Positions 1 to 8,024 of a DNA stretch of 37,959 nt are shown one piece after another. Position 1 is the stretch's first letter; each line of letters opens with the position of its first letter. The position numbers were made by a program, and so were the translations under genes. The notes below the pieces were generated by a model, which did no database searches, was not told the DNA's origin, and was given only the letters and a program-made list of their open reading frames with translations. Source of the stretch: a virus. Lineage: Duplodnaviria; Heunggongvirae; Uroviricota; Caudoviricetes. The stretch covers positions 1 to 37,959 of the IMG/VR virus record IMGVR_UViG_2541047683_000006. The stretch is one strand, 5' to 3'.

Positions 1-435
1 ATGCATCTAGAAGTCTCTATTAATCCAGAAACTAGAGCTGAATTTTTTGATGAAGTTTTTCTCAAATTCCCGGAGCTAGAGTCTTCTATCATTGATGATT
101 TCAAGAGATACAAAGCAACCGGTGAGCTTCCGCATTATTTCGGTAGGGACGTTGCGTATACTCAGCCCTATGGTGCTTTTCGGGCTGGGTTGATGCATAT
201 CCATCTTTGTCTACCGCCAAACAAGTTTCCCGAGAAACTTCCACAACCGGATAGGGTCTGCAAGAAAGGTGATCCTGATAATGATGCTTGTCTTGTGTAT
301 GTCCAAGGTGAGCTTTATGAGAATAAATATTCACTCATTGCTATTATGTATCCCGATGCACATGAAAAAGCAAGAAAACATGATGTGATGAGCTATCTGG
401 CGCGAATTGCCCAGAATTATAAAGATGAAAACTAA
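1..435 (+). CDS. YafO-family type II toxin-like protein (ribosome-dependent mRNA interferase family)
   Basis: 144-aa ORF with ATG at base 1; motif pattern LPxYFGRD...HIHL...LVYxQG...IAIxYPDAHxKAR matches my recollection of E. coli YafO; AT-rich; followed by hairpin plus T-run. A cognate antitoxin, if present, would be upstream outside the window. Confidence 0.5.
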   Translation: MHLEVSINPETRAEFFDEVFLKFPELESSIIDDFKRYKATGELPHYFGRDVAYTQPYGAFRAGLMHIHLCLPPNKFPEKLPQPDRVCKKGDPDNDACLVYVQGELYENKYSLIAIMYPDAHEKARKHDVMSYLARIAQNYKDEN

Positions 436-455
436 CCCGCCGAAGCGGGTTTTTT
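436..455 (+). terminator. Rho-independent terminator after the YafO-like gene
   Basis: cccgc-cgaa-gcggg stem-loop directly after the stop codon, followed by TTTTTT. Confidence 0.6.
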
Positions 456-461
456 GTGAGA

Positions 462-734
462 TTAGTTATTTATTTTCCTATTTGTTCTTACCCTCTCCCA
501 TTCAATTCTGCCTTCTTCACGCCGTTTATCTATATATTCAGCAAGATCCTGAATGTTGATGCAGCGCTTTGCTTTCTGTGATGTACCAACACGATAAGTC
601 GGGATCGGCAATTGGCATGCATTTGCTTTCGCTTCTGCTGTGTTAGGGCTCATACCGAAATACTTTTGGCATACAGCTGACAGCTCAATGTTTGGGGTAT
701 TGAATTCAGCCATCAGTAAAAACAAGGTGTTCAT
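462..734 (-). CDS. PrtN-family (pyocin-activator / excisionase-like) small DNA-binding protein
   Basis: Track ORF 462..761 begins with GTG; an internal ATG (MNTLFLL...) has GGAG 9 nt upstream. N-terminus MNTLFLL and motif LPIPTYRVGTSQKA resemble the PrtN family as I recall it; first gene-end of the leftward early operon. Confidence 0.45.
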   Translation of the reverse strand: MNTLFLLMAEFNTPNIELSAVCQKYFGMSPNTAEAKANACQLPIPTYRVGTSQKAKRCINIQDLAEYIDKRREEGRIEWERVRTNRKINN

Positions 735-770
735 AATTTTCTCCATCAAAACCGGCTGCACCCGGGAAAA

Positions 771-1343
771 TCATAATTCTGTGCTGGTGGCAGGAATTAG
801 TTTCTGCCAGATAGCGGAAACATATTTTGCCTGATGACGGGCATCAGCCAGGGCGTTGTGCCGTTCGCCATCGAAAGGCATGTCCATTTTTGGGTCGAAT
901 CCGATGGAACGCCCAAGCGTAACGATCGTGCGTACATCGTGGTCATTCCAGTACGCCCACGGGCAGATTTGTCCTGCTCGCTCGTAAGCTCCACGTAAAA
1001 TTACGTTGTCGAAGGTGGCCCCGTTACCCCAGACTTTTAAATATTTTGTATTGTCTGCATGCTGATTAATGAAATGGCTCAGTTCAGAGAGTGCATCGCT
1101 GATCGACAAAGTATCATCAATACAGATTGCAGCTCGTGCTTCAGAGCTCTGTTTCAACCACCACAGGATGGTATCGCCGTCAGGTGTAGCTCCTTGCCCC
1201 ATAGCACTTTCCAGGCTAACAACCGTATAGAATTCTTGTCCGATGTCTCCGGTTTCTGGAGTGAAGAACACCGCGCCAATGGAAACGATCGGTGCATCCT
1301 TATTTTTCCCCATCGTCTCAAGGTCGATCATTAAGTTATTCAT
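771..1343 (-). CDS. DEDDh-type 3'-5' exonuclease (DnaQ-like fold)
   Basis: 190 aa; motifs IDLETMG, WGNGATFD and HNALADA are consistent with a DEDDh exonuclease; strong SD AGGAGGTG upstream; start overlaps the stop of the upstream gene. Confidence 0.65.
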   Translation of the reverse strand: MNNLMIDLETMGKNKDAPIVSIGAVFFTPETGDIGQEFYTVVSLESAMGQGATPDGDTILWWLKQSSEARAAICIDDTLSISDALSELSHFINQHADNTKYLKVWGNGATFDNVILRGAYERAGQICPWAYWNDHDVRTIVTLGRSIGFDPKMDMPFDGERHNALADARHQAKYVSAIWQKLIPATSTEL

Positions 1344-1654
1344 TACTTCACCTCCTGCGTTTCTTTGCTGCTGTGAATTCGCCAGTTACCGACGCCTTCC
1401 CATTCAAACTGGCGGTTACTAATTCGCGTCCAGCCCCTGCCGAAAAGCAAATCCAGATACCAGTATTTTAAAGTTCTGATAATTGCTCTTACAGTTGGTT
1501 TGCATCCAGAAGTCTTTGATGCGCAAATAAAGCACCGAGTTATGCTCATGGCTTCTACAAAAGGCCAGATAAACCAAACCCAGATGCAAAGAGCCACGAA
1601 CAACATGAGCGCGATGTTAGCCACTAAGCCAGACCAGTACAGATAATTGCTCAT
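1343..1654 (-). CDS. Hypothetical small membrane protein
   Basis: 103 aa with a hydrophobic N-terminal segment (LVANIALMLFVALCIWVWFIW); SD GGTGGAGG; 4-nt overlap with neighbours suggests translational coupling. Confidence 0.4.
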   Translation of the reverse strand: MSNYLYWSGLVANIALMLFVALCIWVWFIWPFVEAMSITRCFICASKTSGCKPTVRAIIRTLKYWYLDLLFGRGWTRISNRQFEWEGVGNWRIHSSKETQEVK

Positions 1655-2034
1655 TGGTTGCCTCCACCTTGGCTCTGAAGCATGGCAGCGCGGCAGGCGT
1701 TCCAGCCATCAACATACCCAGCCCTGATATATCGATTAAAACCCACCTCTTTCTGTGCGCGTGCCAGATTCATTTCCTCCGGCACGTGTACTGGCTGAGC
1801 TATATATAGCGGCTGAACATACCAACCCTTTGATAACCAACTGTCAGCAACGTTTTTACTCCGTGTTATTGCCGGAATACCTAAGCCATTGTCTGAATGC
1901 AGCCATGCCACCGGTTCTGCTTCCAGCGATGCCAGCGTAATCCGTGCAAGTTCCATTTGTTCACCACGGGTAAGCCCGTTTTCAAGCGGATTTTTAATGA
2001 TTAATTCGATACGTTCTTTGGTAATAGAATTCAT
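1651..2034 (-). CDS. Hypothetical phage early protein
   Basis: 127-aa ORF with ATG, tightly packed in the leftward operon; no family recognised. Confidence 0.4.
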   Translation of the reverse strand: MNSITKERIELIIKNPLENGLTRGEQMELARITLASLEAEPVAWLHSDNGLGIPAITRSKNVADSWLSKGWYVQPLYIAQPVHVPEEMNLARAQKEVGFNRYIRAGYVDGWNACRAAMLQSQGGGNQ

Positions 2035-2035
2035 G

Positions 2036-2227
2036 CTATTTCACCTTAATCTCAACATTTCGCAGCTTTATGTCTACTGGTAGGTCTGACTTTCCTGTTA
2101 ACGCTAATGCGAGATTTTCAGGAGTAATGAGAGCAGTTATTGTTTTCCCCATTGCCAGACGAATAATCATTCGTATCTCGCGATCGTCACATGCTCCCGG
2201 TCGAACAATTGATATTTGTCCGATCAT
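2036..2227 (-). CDS. Hypothetical small protein (63 aa)
   Basis: Internal ATG of track ORF 2036..2257 preceded by strong SD AAGGAGAG at about 6 nt; start lies 1 nt beyond the stop of the Ead-like gene. Confidence 0.35.
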   Translation of the reverse strand: MIGQISIVRPGACDDREIRMIIRLAMGKTITALITPENLALALTGKSDLPVDIKLRNVEIKVK

Positions 2228-2228
2228 C

Positions 2229-2816
2229 TCACTCTCCTTTGATGCGAATGCCAGCAAGCCAGTTTCTTATGCCGATATATTCAGCGTTCCTGAAACCGCT
2301 TTTTACATATATAAATGGCAAGCGAAGATTGTGACCGTTGGCTGCCAGGTAGTCTTTACAACCCTGTTCGGTGAAACAGCAGGTAACGAATTCATCAATA
2401 TCTTTCACAGCAACGCGCCGCCATTTTTCTGGTGGTTCCCGAAAGTTTTCATGAAGTAGTTCGAGACGACGACTTTGGAGTTTATTGGCTTCATTGCCAT
2501 CTTCATCAACCCAGACAATCCGGTCATAGTCATAATCAGCATCAACAACAATTTCGCGCTTTTGATACACACAAAACATAGGGTCTGACGTTATTCGATT
2601 ATCCTGTGTTCGAATATTTTCACCGATGATGCCAAACGAATCTGGCGTAGGTTTTGTCTGTAACTCTTCGATACGTTCAGCCAGCGCCGCGCACTTGGCC
2701 TCAGCTTCAGCAAATTTACGCACCAGGTACTCAGCGTTTGTTTCGTTCACTTTCAGATCTCGCGGTACACATTTCCCGCGAAGAAACCCTTCCATTTCGA
2801 AAACATTCATGCGCAT
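2229..2816 (-). CDS. Ead/Ea22-like early protein
   Basis: 195 aa, acidic, coiled-coil-like N-terminus (AEAEAKCAALAERIEELQ) and position in the early-left accessory region typical of Ead/Ea22-like proteins; by recollection only. Confidence 0.4.
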   Translation of the reverse strand: MRMNVFEMEGFLRGKCVPRDLKVNETNAEYLVRKFAEAEAKCAALAERIEELQTKPTPDSFGIIGENIRTQDNRITSDPMFCVYQKREIVVDADYDYDRIVWVDEDGNEANKLQSRRLELLHENFREPPEKWRRVAVKDIDEFVTCCFTEQGCKDYLAANGHNLRLPFIYVKSGFRNAEYIGIRNWLAGIRIKGE

Positions 2817-3343
2817 TTGCGTAACCCCGATAACTCGTTAAAACGTTCCATAAACATCCCGTAGGCATGGCCTGGTGACAGTGGAATAACTTTGAACATC
2901 TCTGTCGCCGGGATACCTTCCAGTACAGGCCAGAAAGAACCATCATCAAGCCCGAGATCGCGGCGTTCGGTTGCCAGCATAATGAGATCGGCATATTTCA
3001 CTGGCGTGCTCATAACAGGAGGTAACCCGTATTTCTCACGGATTACGGCGTCTATTTTTTCTTCCATCTGTTTATAGTCAGGAAGAAGGCGTTTCAGTGG
3101 AGCGGGGATGTCCTGGCAATACGCTTCTGTTGCATCATGCATTAACGCTTCAAAAGCAAATTCCTGCGGTACCAGCTGGCTGCAAAGAACCGCATGTTGG
3201 GCGACGCTGTAGAAGTGCGAAAGATGACCGGCAAAGCGACAGATATTTGAAAGGGAAACCGAGATATCGTTAATATCGATGTCGTCTTTATTTATCCTGT
3301 CATAATAAAAATGCTTACCGGAAAAAGTTTTAATAAATGACAT
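2807..3343 (-). CDS. HD-domain phosphohydrolase (YfdR-like 5'-deoxynucleotidase family)
   Basis: H...HD motif (AQHAVLCSQ...ALMHDATEAY); track ORF 2807..3370 starts at GTG with no SD; the ATG at 3341-3343 has GGAGAA 6 nt upstream, so that start is preferred. Confidence 0.6.
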   Translation of the reverse strand: MSFIKTFSGKHFYYDRINKDDIDINDISVSLSNICRFAGHLSHFYSVAQHAVLCSQLVPQEFAFEALMHDATEAYCQDIPAPLKRLLPDYKQMEEKIDAVIREKYGLPPVMSTPVKYADLIMLATERRDLGLDDGSFWPVLEGIPATEMFKVIPLSPGHAYGMFMERFNELSGLRKCA

Positions 3344-3436
3344 TTTGTTCTCCACGTATATGCGCTGCACCGCGCTGAATTCTGGTAAAAGGAAGCCCTC
3401 ACCATCCGGCGATTATTGAGTTAATTACGTTTCCAT

Positions 3437-3458
3437 AAATGCCCCCGCAGGGGCATTT
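3437..3458. other. Perfect 9-bp inverted repeat (aaatgcccc-cgca-ggggcattt) between the YfdQ-like and HD genes
   Basis: Seen directly; no flanking T-run on either strand, so it is more likely an RNA processing/stability hairpin or a protein-binding palindrome than an intrinsic terminator. Confidence 0.5.
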
Positions 3459-3470
3459 GCAGTAATGAAA

Positions 3471-4295
3471 TCAGGCGGTGAAAGTACCAATAAAGGTTTC
3501 TACTTTGCTGTCTTTGAATTTCTCAACAAGCAGATCACGAAATTCGTTAGCCATTTCTTCCTGCACTGCTTCCAGCTGAATAATGCGCAGAACCAGTACA
3601 GGACGATCGCCAGTGATAATGCTGAGGCGTAATTTAAATGGACGTTCTTTCAGACCTTCAAACGGAACGCATTTAAATTCAAATGCCACTGGCATAATAT
3701 CTTTGGTCTTCGCTTCGACAGACTCCATCAGGGAGCGTTTGCCGCTGAAGTCATTATCTTCAAAATCAGCGGTCTGGTTTGCTTCAATCGTGATTTTACG
3801 GACAGCCGCAGCCGATTTTGTTGCCTGAATAGCGTCACCATTAGCATCAAAGCCCACAAGGTAGTCGGCCCAGTCTTCAATCCATTCTGCCAGTGACTTC
3901 TGGGAGTTACGCTCGCCATTAACAGACAACAGAGCAGAGAACGGTGCTGTCTTTTTCAGTTTGAGAGTGGCGGTGTTATCTGCGTGACCTGGTTCATCAA
4001 TAGTACCCAGGTTAATCACACTGACGGCTCGCATATTATCGGCATCGATAAAGCAGCGGGTGCCTTCATCTGCAAGATCTTTAGAATAACGGGTAAAGTC
4101 ATCGATGCTGGCAGTGGAAAGCGCACCACGGAAACGGAAGCGATTTAAATTAAATTTCTCCAGATCATGAATGCGGAAATTCTCAGGCAATGCCACAGCA
4201 TCGGCACCAATCTTACTGATAATTTCATTAACACCCTGAGCAGAAATAAGGGCATGGATTTGATTAATTGCGGTTGCGTCTAAGTTCTGAGACAT
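3471..4295 (-). CDS. YfdQ-like protein (DUF2303 family)
   Basis: 274 aa; overall resemblance to E. coli CPS-53 prophage YfdQ as recalled, and adjacency to YfdP-like and YfdR-like genes; SD GAGGA upstream. Confidence 0.5.
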   Translation of the reverse strand: MSQNLDATAINQIHALISAQGVNEIISKIGADAVALPENFRIHDLEKFNLNRFRFRGALSTASIDDFTRYSKDLADEGTRCFIDADNMRAVSVINLGTIDEPGHADNTATLKLKKTAPFSALLSVNGERNSQKSLAEWIEDWADYLVGFDANGDAIQATKSAAAVRKITIEANQTADFEDNDFSGKRSLMESVEAKTKDIMPVAFEFKCVPFEGLKERPFKLRLSIITGDRPVLVLRIIQLEAVQEEMANEFRDLLVEKFKDSKVETFIGTFTA

Positions 4296-4360
4296 AATAA
4301 GTCCTCACTATATAAAGATATTCAGTGATGAGATAAATAATCGGTTAATTAAGAACGATA

Positions 4361-4723
4361 TTAATGACCTGCTGCGCGGAGTTTTCCGTCAGGTTCACCG
4401 GCAAGAGTCAGTAATTGTCCCTGGTCTTCCTGCAGAATAGTCAGGCGGCCACCGCGATTGACATACATCGGCGTTTCGGTGGTGTCTTCTTCGGAAATTT
4501 TCCCGCGGTTAGTCGGGCGAACATATGAGAGTTTGTGTTTGATTTTCACACGGTTCTCATCAAATGGTTCGATTTCCAGGTTGAGCGAGACCTTACCTTT
4601 GGTTTTCGTGTTCATCACACCGGAAGCGACTTCACTGAGAACTGCGCCGATTTTGGTTTCAAATACGCCGCCGTCCAGCTCCCCGATAAATGCCTGCACA
4701 TCAGTACTGCGTTCGCTAGCCAT
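4361..4723 (-). CDS. YfdP-like hypothetical protein (120 aa), first gene of the PL operon
   Basis: Internal ATG (MASERSTDV...) of track ORF 4361..5041 with SD GAGGAG upstream; the track extension upstream is GC-rich and low-complexity, so treated as non-coding leader. Confidence 0.45.
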   Translation of the reverse strand: MASERSTDVQAFIGELDGGVFETKIGAVLSEVASGVMNTKTKGKVSLNLEIEPFDENRVKIKHKLSYVRPTNRGKISEEDTTETPMYVNRGGRLTILQEDQGQLLTLAGEPDGKLRAAGH

Positions 4724-4771
4724 TTTGCTGCTCCTCATCATATCGACCCTGCAAGGTCGGTTGGTTTCTCC

Positions 4772-4860
4772 ACAAAACAGAGAAGAACACCTGCGGTGGC
4801 AGCCGCCCGGATGGATTGGGTTATGAGCCCGTCGTCCGGTGATGCTCTTCTCTGTTTTGT
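4772..4860. repeat. 15-bp perfect inverted repeat (acaaaacagagaaga / tcttctctgttttgt) with a 59-nt spacer, inside the PL leader
   Basis: Seen directly at 4772-4786 and 4846-4860; a second 10-bp inverted repeat gcggtaccag/ctggtaccgc lies at 4868-4877 and 4897-4906. Confidence 0.7.
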
Positions 4861-5062
4861 AAAAAGAGCGGTACCAGCCGGAAGCAAGTGTACAAACTGG
4901 TACCGCCAGGACTACACACAGCATAAAGTTGTGGTGCCGGGTGCCTCCCGGTGCCTGGCGAAGGTTGCACACCAGGCGGGTGGGTATCCACAGAAGGTCG
5001 ACTGTCAGCCTCAACCTTAACCCGCGTGCGCTGAGCCGCATTCACCACAACTCTAAAAACAA

Positions 5063-5115
5063 ATGTAGGATATCCAACATGTGAGTGTCAAGAGTTTATG
5101 TTGGTTATCCTACAT
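5063..5115 (-). promoter_or_regulatory. PL-like leftward early promoter with two operator palindromes (OL1 5063-5080, OL2 5098-5115)
   Basis: ATGTAGGATATCCAACAT and ATGTTGGTTATCCTACAT are the same palindrome seen three times at OR; minus-strand TTGACA (plus 5086-5091) with a -10-like TACATT overlapping OL1. Confidence 0.55.
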
Positions 5116-5130
5116 AAAAAGATAGGCTCA

Positions 5131-5157
5131 TAAAAAAACCGGGGATACCCCGGTTTT
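5131..5157 (-). terminator. Intrinsic terminator downstream of the repressor gene (possibly bidirectional)
   Basis: ccgggg-ata-ccccgg stem flanked by A7 on one side and T4 on the other; lies between the cI stop (5178) and PL. Confidence 0.55.
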
Positions 5158-5177
5158 GCGATAGTGAGGAAGATGTG

Positions 5178-5831
5178 TCAAAAATCCATTATTACTTGTT
5201 TGACAAGACCAACTATTCTGCAGTTCTCACCGCATTCAATAGTTTTATAGTTAGGATTTAGTGGGACGAGATACCTGTTCGGCCAGTCCTCAACAAATTT
5301 TTTGAGTGTCGCTTCTTGCCCACCATTGATATGGGCAACAACGATTTTTCCGTTAATACACTCTGTATCAATAATATCTGGCTCTACGATAACGATAGAA
5401 CCTTCTGGTATCGATGGTGAGCCGAGGGGATTGGTCATTGAATCACCACGGACCCGTAGTGCAAATGCCATTTCTGATACAAGGGCGGTAGTATAAACCC
5501 ACTCTTCAGCATCTTCTTTCCTGACACCAGGCTCCGTCATTGTCCATGAACCCGCCTGAACCCACGAGATGAGGGGGACTTTTTTAACTGCGAATATTTC
5601 AGGTTTTAGATTTATCTTTGGTTCAGGCGAGCCTTTTCCGCTAACAAGCCACAGAGGATCGCATTTAAGTGCGTTGGCTAGGGCTTGAAGGTTGGCTCCA
5701 TTTGGTTGGTAGTCGTCCTTTTCCCATCCAGTAACCGTGACACGGTTCACACCAGTCAAATCAGCCAGTGCTTGTTGTGTCAGGTTCAGTTCTTTTCGCC
5801 TTTGGCGAATACGATCACTCATGTTCATCAT
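5178..5831 (-). CDS. cI: CI-like prophage repressor (XRE-type HTH plus S24 LexA-like autopeptidase domain)
   Basis: 217 aa; N-terminal HTH (LTQQALADLTGVNRVTVTGWE) and C-terminal S24 signature (RVRGDSM...K); divergent from the cro-like gene with operators between them. Confidence 0.85.
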   Translation of the reverse strand: MMNMSDRIRQRRKELNLTQQALADLTGVNRVTVTGWEKDDYQPNGANLQALANALKCDPLWLVSGKGSPEPKINLKPEIFAVKKVPLISWVQAGSWTMTEPGVRKEDAEEWVYTTALVSEMAFALRVRGDSMTNPLGSPSIPEGSIVIVEPDIIDTECINGKIVVAHINGGQEATLKKFVEDWPNRYLVPLNPNYKTIECGENCRIVGLVKQVIMDF

Positions 5832-5895
5832 GTAGGCAATCCTACCACATGCCCATGTAGGATTCTTGACATTGGTATGTTGGATATCCTACATT
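5830..5895. promoter_or_regulatory. OR region: three operator palindromes (about 5830-5845, 5855-5872, 5877-5894) with rightward PR and presumed divergent PRM
   Basis: atgtaggcaatcctac, atgtaggattcttgacat, atgttggatatcctacat; TTGACA at 5866-5871 and TACATT at 5890-5895 upstream of the cro ATG at 5927. Confidence 0.6.
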
Positions 5896-5926
5896 TCTGC
5901 TTAACGTAATTTAACGGGAGACAGAA

Positions 5927-6124
5927 ATGCGGAAATCCGACGTGATTAATTATTTCGGCGGAGTTTGTAAAACCGCCGAAGCCCTAGGTATTAAGCATCC
6001 GTCTGTTTCAGAGTGGCCTGAGATTATTCCTGAAGGCCGAGCGTACCAGTTAGAAAAAATTACTAACGGGAAACTGAAAGTTGACGTGTCTTTATATCAA
6101 AAGACTAACAGTGCTGCGGCATAA
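5927..6124 (+). CDS. cro: Cro-like small HTH regulator
   Basis: 65-aa ORF immediately right of OR, SD GGGAGA; HTH-like segment CKTAEALGIKHPSVSEW. Confidence 0.7.
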   Translation: MRKSDVINYFGGVCKTAEALGIKHPSVSEWPEIIPEGRAYQLEKITNGKLKVDVSLYQKTNSAAA

Positions 6125-6151
6125 AAACACCACAGAAATGAGGAATTAACC

Positions 6152-6736
6152 GTGGGTAAAGAACCTGAATGGAAAGTTGATAAACAACCAGCATGGCTGG
6201 TGGCAGCAATACGAAGAACGATTGCTGATTTACCTCATGGCTATGAGGAAGCAGCAGAAATTCTTGGTTTGTATAAATCTGATGATATCACCCCAGCAAA
6301 AGATCAATTGCATAACAGACTGCGTAGCGGTGGGGATCAAATTTTTCCACTTGAGTGGGCCATGGTTTTACAGGATGCCAGTGGTACCAGGCATGTAACA
6401 GATGCAATAGCCCGTCGTAGTAATGGGGTGTTTGTGCCGCTGGTGGTCATTGATGACATTGACAATGGTGACATTAATCAGCGGCTGATGGAGTCAATAG
6501 AATGGATTGGCAAGCATTCCCAGTACTTACGCAAGGCAACTGCTGATGGAGTTATTGACCAAGCTGAGCGTGAGCAAATCGAAGAGAACAGCTACCAAGT
6601 AATGGCGAAGTGGCAGGAGCATTTAACACTGTTATTTCGTGTTTTTTGTGCGCCGGAAAAGAGTAACGCCCGCGAGTGTGCAGCTCCGGGCGTCGTGGCG
6701 TCGATTGCTTCTGGTTGTGGAGAAACTAACGCATGA
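6152..6736 (+). CDS. CII-like regulatory protein (phage 186 CII / CP76-like, possibly YdaT-like)
   Basis: 194 aa, GTG start with SD GAGGA; position directly after cro and loose pattern similarity to 186 CII as recalled; family assignment uncertain. Confidence 0.35.
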   Translation: MGKEPEWKVDKQPAWLVAAIRRTIADLPHGYEEAAEILGLYKSDDITPAKDQLHNRLRSGGDQIFPLEWAMVLQDASGTRHVTDAIARRSNGVFVPLVVIDDIDNGDINQRLMESIEWIGKHSQYLRKATADGVIDQAEREQIEENSYQVMAKWQEHLTLLFRVFCAPEKSNARECAAPGVVASIASGCGETNA

Positions 6737-7071
6737 ACAGTTTAACAACACACTACCGTCGTTCGCAACTGATTGCGCTTCCTGTACCGGGTGGAAAAGC
6801 GAAGGTGGAGTATTGCTATGCAGTGAATGTACCAGGTGACAGGGAAATTGTAACCCACAGCTTTGCAGAGTGGGCTGTGGGTGATTTCAACCGGCAGAAG
6901 GAGACAGTCCTTTGCGACAAGTTAACCGCTGGTTCAAAGATCACTACGGAGTGCCCGTCAGAGTCATTCGTTGGGAACCGGAAACACAACGGGTTATCTA
7001 CCTCCGCGAAGGCTATGAGTATGAGTGCTTCAGCCCGCTCGAACAGTTTCGTCGTAAATTCAGGGAAATAG
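6733..7071 (+). CDS. Hypothetical protein; reading frame uncertain (possible frameshift or overlapping TTG-initiated ORF from about 6912)
   Basis: N-terminal half of the track ORF looks protein-like, the C-terminal half is low-complexity; the -1 frame from about 6885 to 7091 encodes a well-formed basic sequence ([52 protein letters not shown]) preceded by AGGAG. Confidence 0.3.
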   Translation: MNSLTTHYRRSQLIALPVPGGKAKVEYCYAVNVPGDREIVTHSFAEWAVGDFNRQKETVLCDKLTAGSKITTECPSESFVGNRKHNGLSTSAKAMSMSASARSNSFVVNSGK

Positions 7072-7080
7072 AGGTCGGTC

Positions 7081-8022
7081 ATGAGCACTAAATTAACCGG
7101 CTATGTATGGGATGGTTGCGCAGCGTCAGGCATGAAATTATCCAGCGTGGCAATTATGGCCCGCCTGGCTGATTTCAGTAATGACGAAGGTGTGTGCTGG
7201 CCATCAATTGAAACCATTGCCCGCCAGATTGGCGCGGGGATGAGTACCGTCAGAACGGCTATCGCACGGCTGGAAGCAGAAGGCTGGTTAACGCGTAAGG
7301 CGCGTCGCCAGGGTAACCGCAATGCGTCGAATGTTTATCAGCTTAACGTTGCGAAGCTTCAGGCAGCGGCATTTTCTCAACTGTCAGCTTCTGACCCGTC
7401 AAAATCTGACGCATCAAAATCTGACCCGTCAAAATTTGATGCGTCGAAATCTGGCAAAAAAGCGGGTTTTCACCCGTCAGAATCTGGCGGGGATCCGTCA
7501 GTAAAATCAAAACATGATCCGTCAGATAAAAAAACTTCTCGTCCGGGCGCTTCGCAACCGGACACGCAGAAGGCTGAACAGGATTTTTTAACTCGCCATC
7601 CTGATGCGGTTGTATTCAGCCCTAAAAAGCGCCAGTGGGGAACGCAGGATGATTTGACCTGCGCACAGTGGCTCTGGAAAAAAATCATCGCCCTGTACGA
7701 GCAGGCTGCCGAATGTGACGGCGAGGTGGTTCGTCCCAAAGAACCGAACTGGACAGCCTGGGCAAACGAAATTCGCCTGATGTGTGTGCAGGATGGTCGT
7801 ACTCACAAACAAATCTGCGAGATGTACAGCCGCGTCAGCCGCGATCCGTTCTGGTGCCGTAACGTGCTCAGCCCGTCGAAGCTGCGGGAAAAATGGGATG
7901 AGCTTTCCCTGCGCTTATCGCCGTCCGTCAGCACGCACACAGAAAAATGCGAAGACCCGTACTTCAAAGCCAGTTACGACAATGTGGACTACAGCCAGAT
8001 CCCGGCAGGATTCAGGGGGTGA
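7081..8022 (+). CDS. Replication initiation protein (lambda O-like role; N-terminal HTH, internal repeat region, DnaT-like C-terminus)
   Basis: 313 aa; N-terminal winged-HTH-like segment, central SKSD(A/P) pentapeptide repeats encoded by 15-bp DNA iterons, conserved C-terminal region; standard position after cro/cII. Confidence 0.6.
   Translation: MSTKLTGYVWDGCAASGMKLSSVAIMARLADFSNDEGVCWPSIETIARQIGAGMSTVRTAIARLEAEGWLTRKARRQGNRNASNVYQLNVAKLQAAAFSQLSASDPSKSDASKSDPSKFDASKSGKKAGFHPSESGGDPSVKSKHDPSDKKTSRPGASQPDTQKAEQDFLTRHPDAVVFSPKKRQWGTQDDLTCAQWLWKKIIALYEQAAECDGEVVRPKEPNWTAWANEIRLMCVQDGRTHKQICEMYSRVSRDPFWCRNVLSPSKLREKWDELSLRLSPSVSTHTEKCEDPYFKASYDNVDYSQIPAGFRG
7396..7455 (+). repeat. Four tandem 15-bp iteron-like direct repeats inside the initiator gene (candidate replication origin)
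   Basis: ccgtcaaaatctgac / gcatcaaaatctgac / ccgtcaaaatttgat / gcgtcgaaatctggc, then degenerate copies (ccgtcagaatctggc, ccgtcag...) and an A-rich stretch up to about 7530. Confidence 0.55.
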
Positions 8023-8024
8023 TC

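Noticed and set aside
2731-2994. 87-aa minus-strand ORF overlapping the HD and Ead-like gene junction
   Set aside because: Out of frame with both well-supported neighbours and lacking an SD
4535-5048. Track ORFs (161 aa plus strand, 75 aa minus strand) inside the PL leader
   Set aside because: Low-complexity Pro/Gly/Arg-rich translations from GC-rich DNA, no SD, and overlapping inverted repeats; the interval is more consistent with structured non-coding leader RNA
7396-7455. Tandem 15-bp repeats considered as a possible CRISPR or VNTR array
   Set aside because: No spacers; the repeats are in-frame coding repeats inside the initiator gene, so they are interpreted as ori iterons
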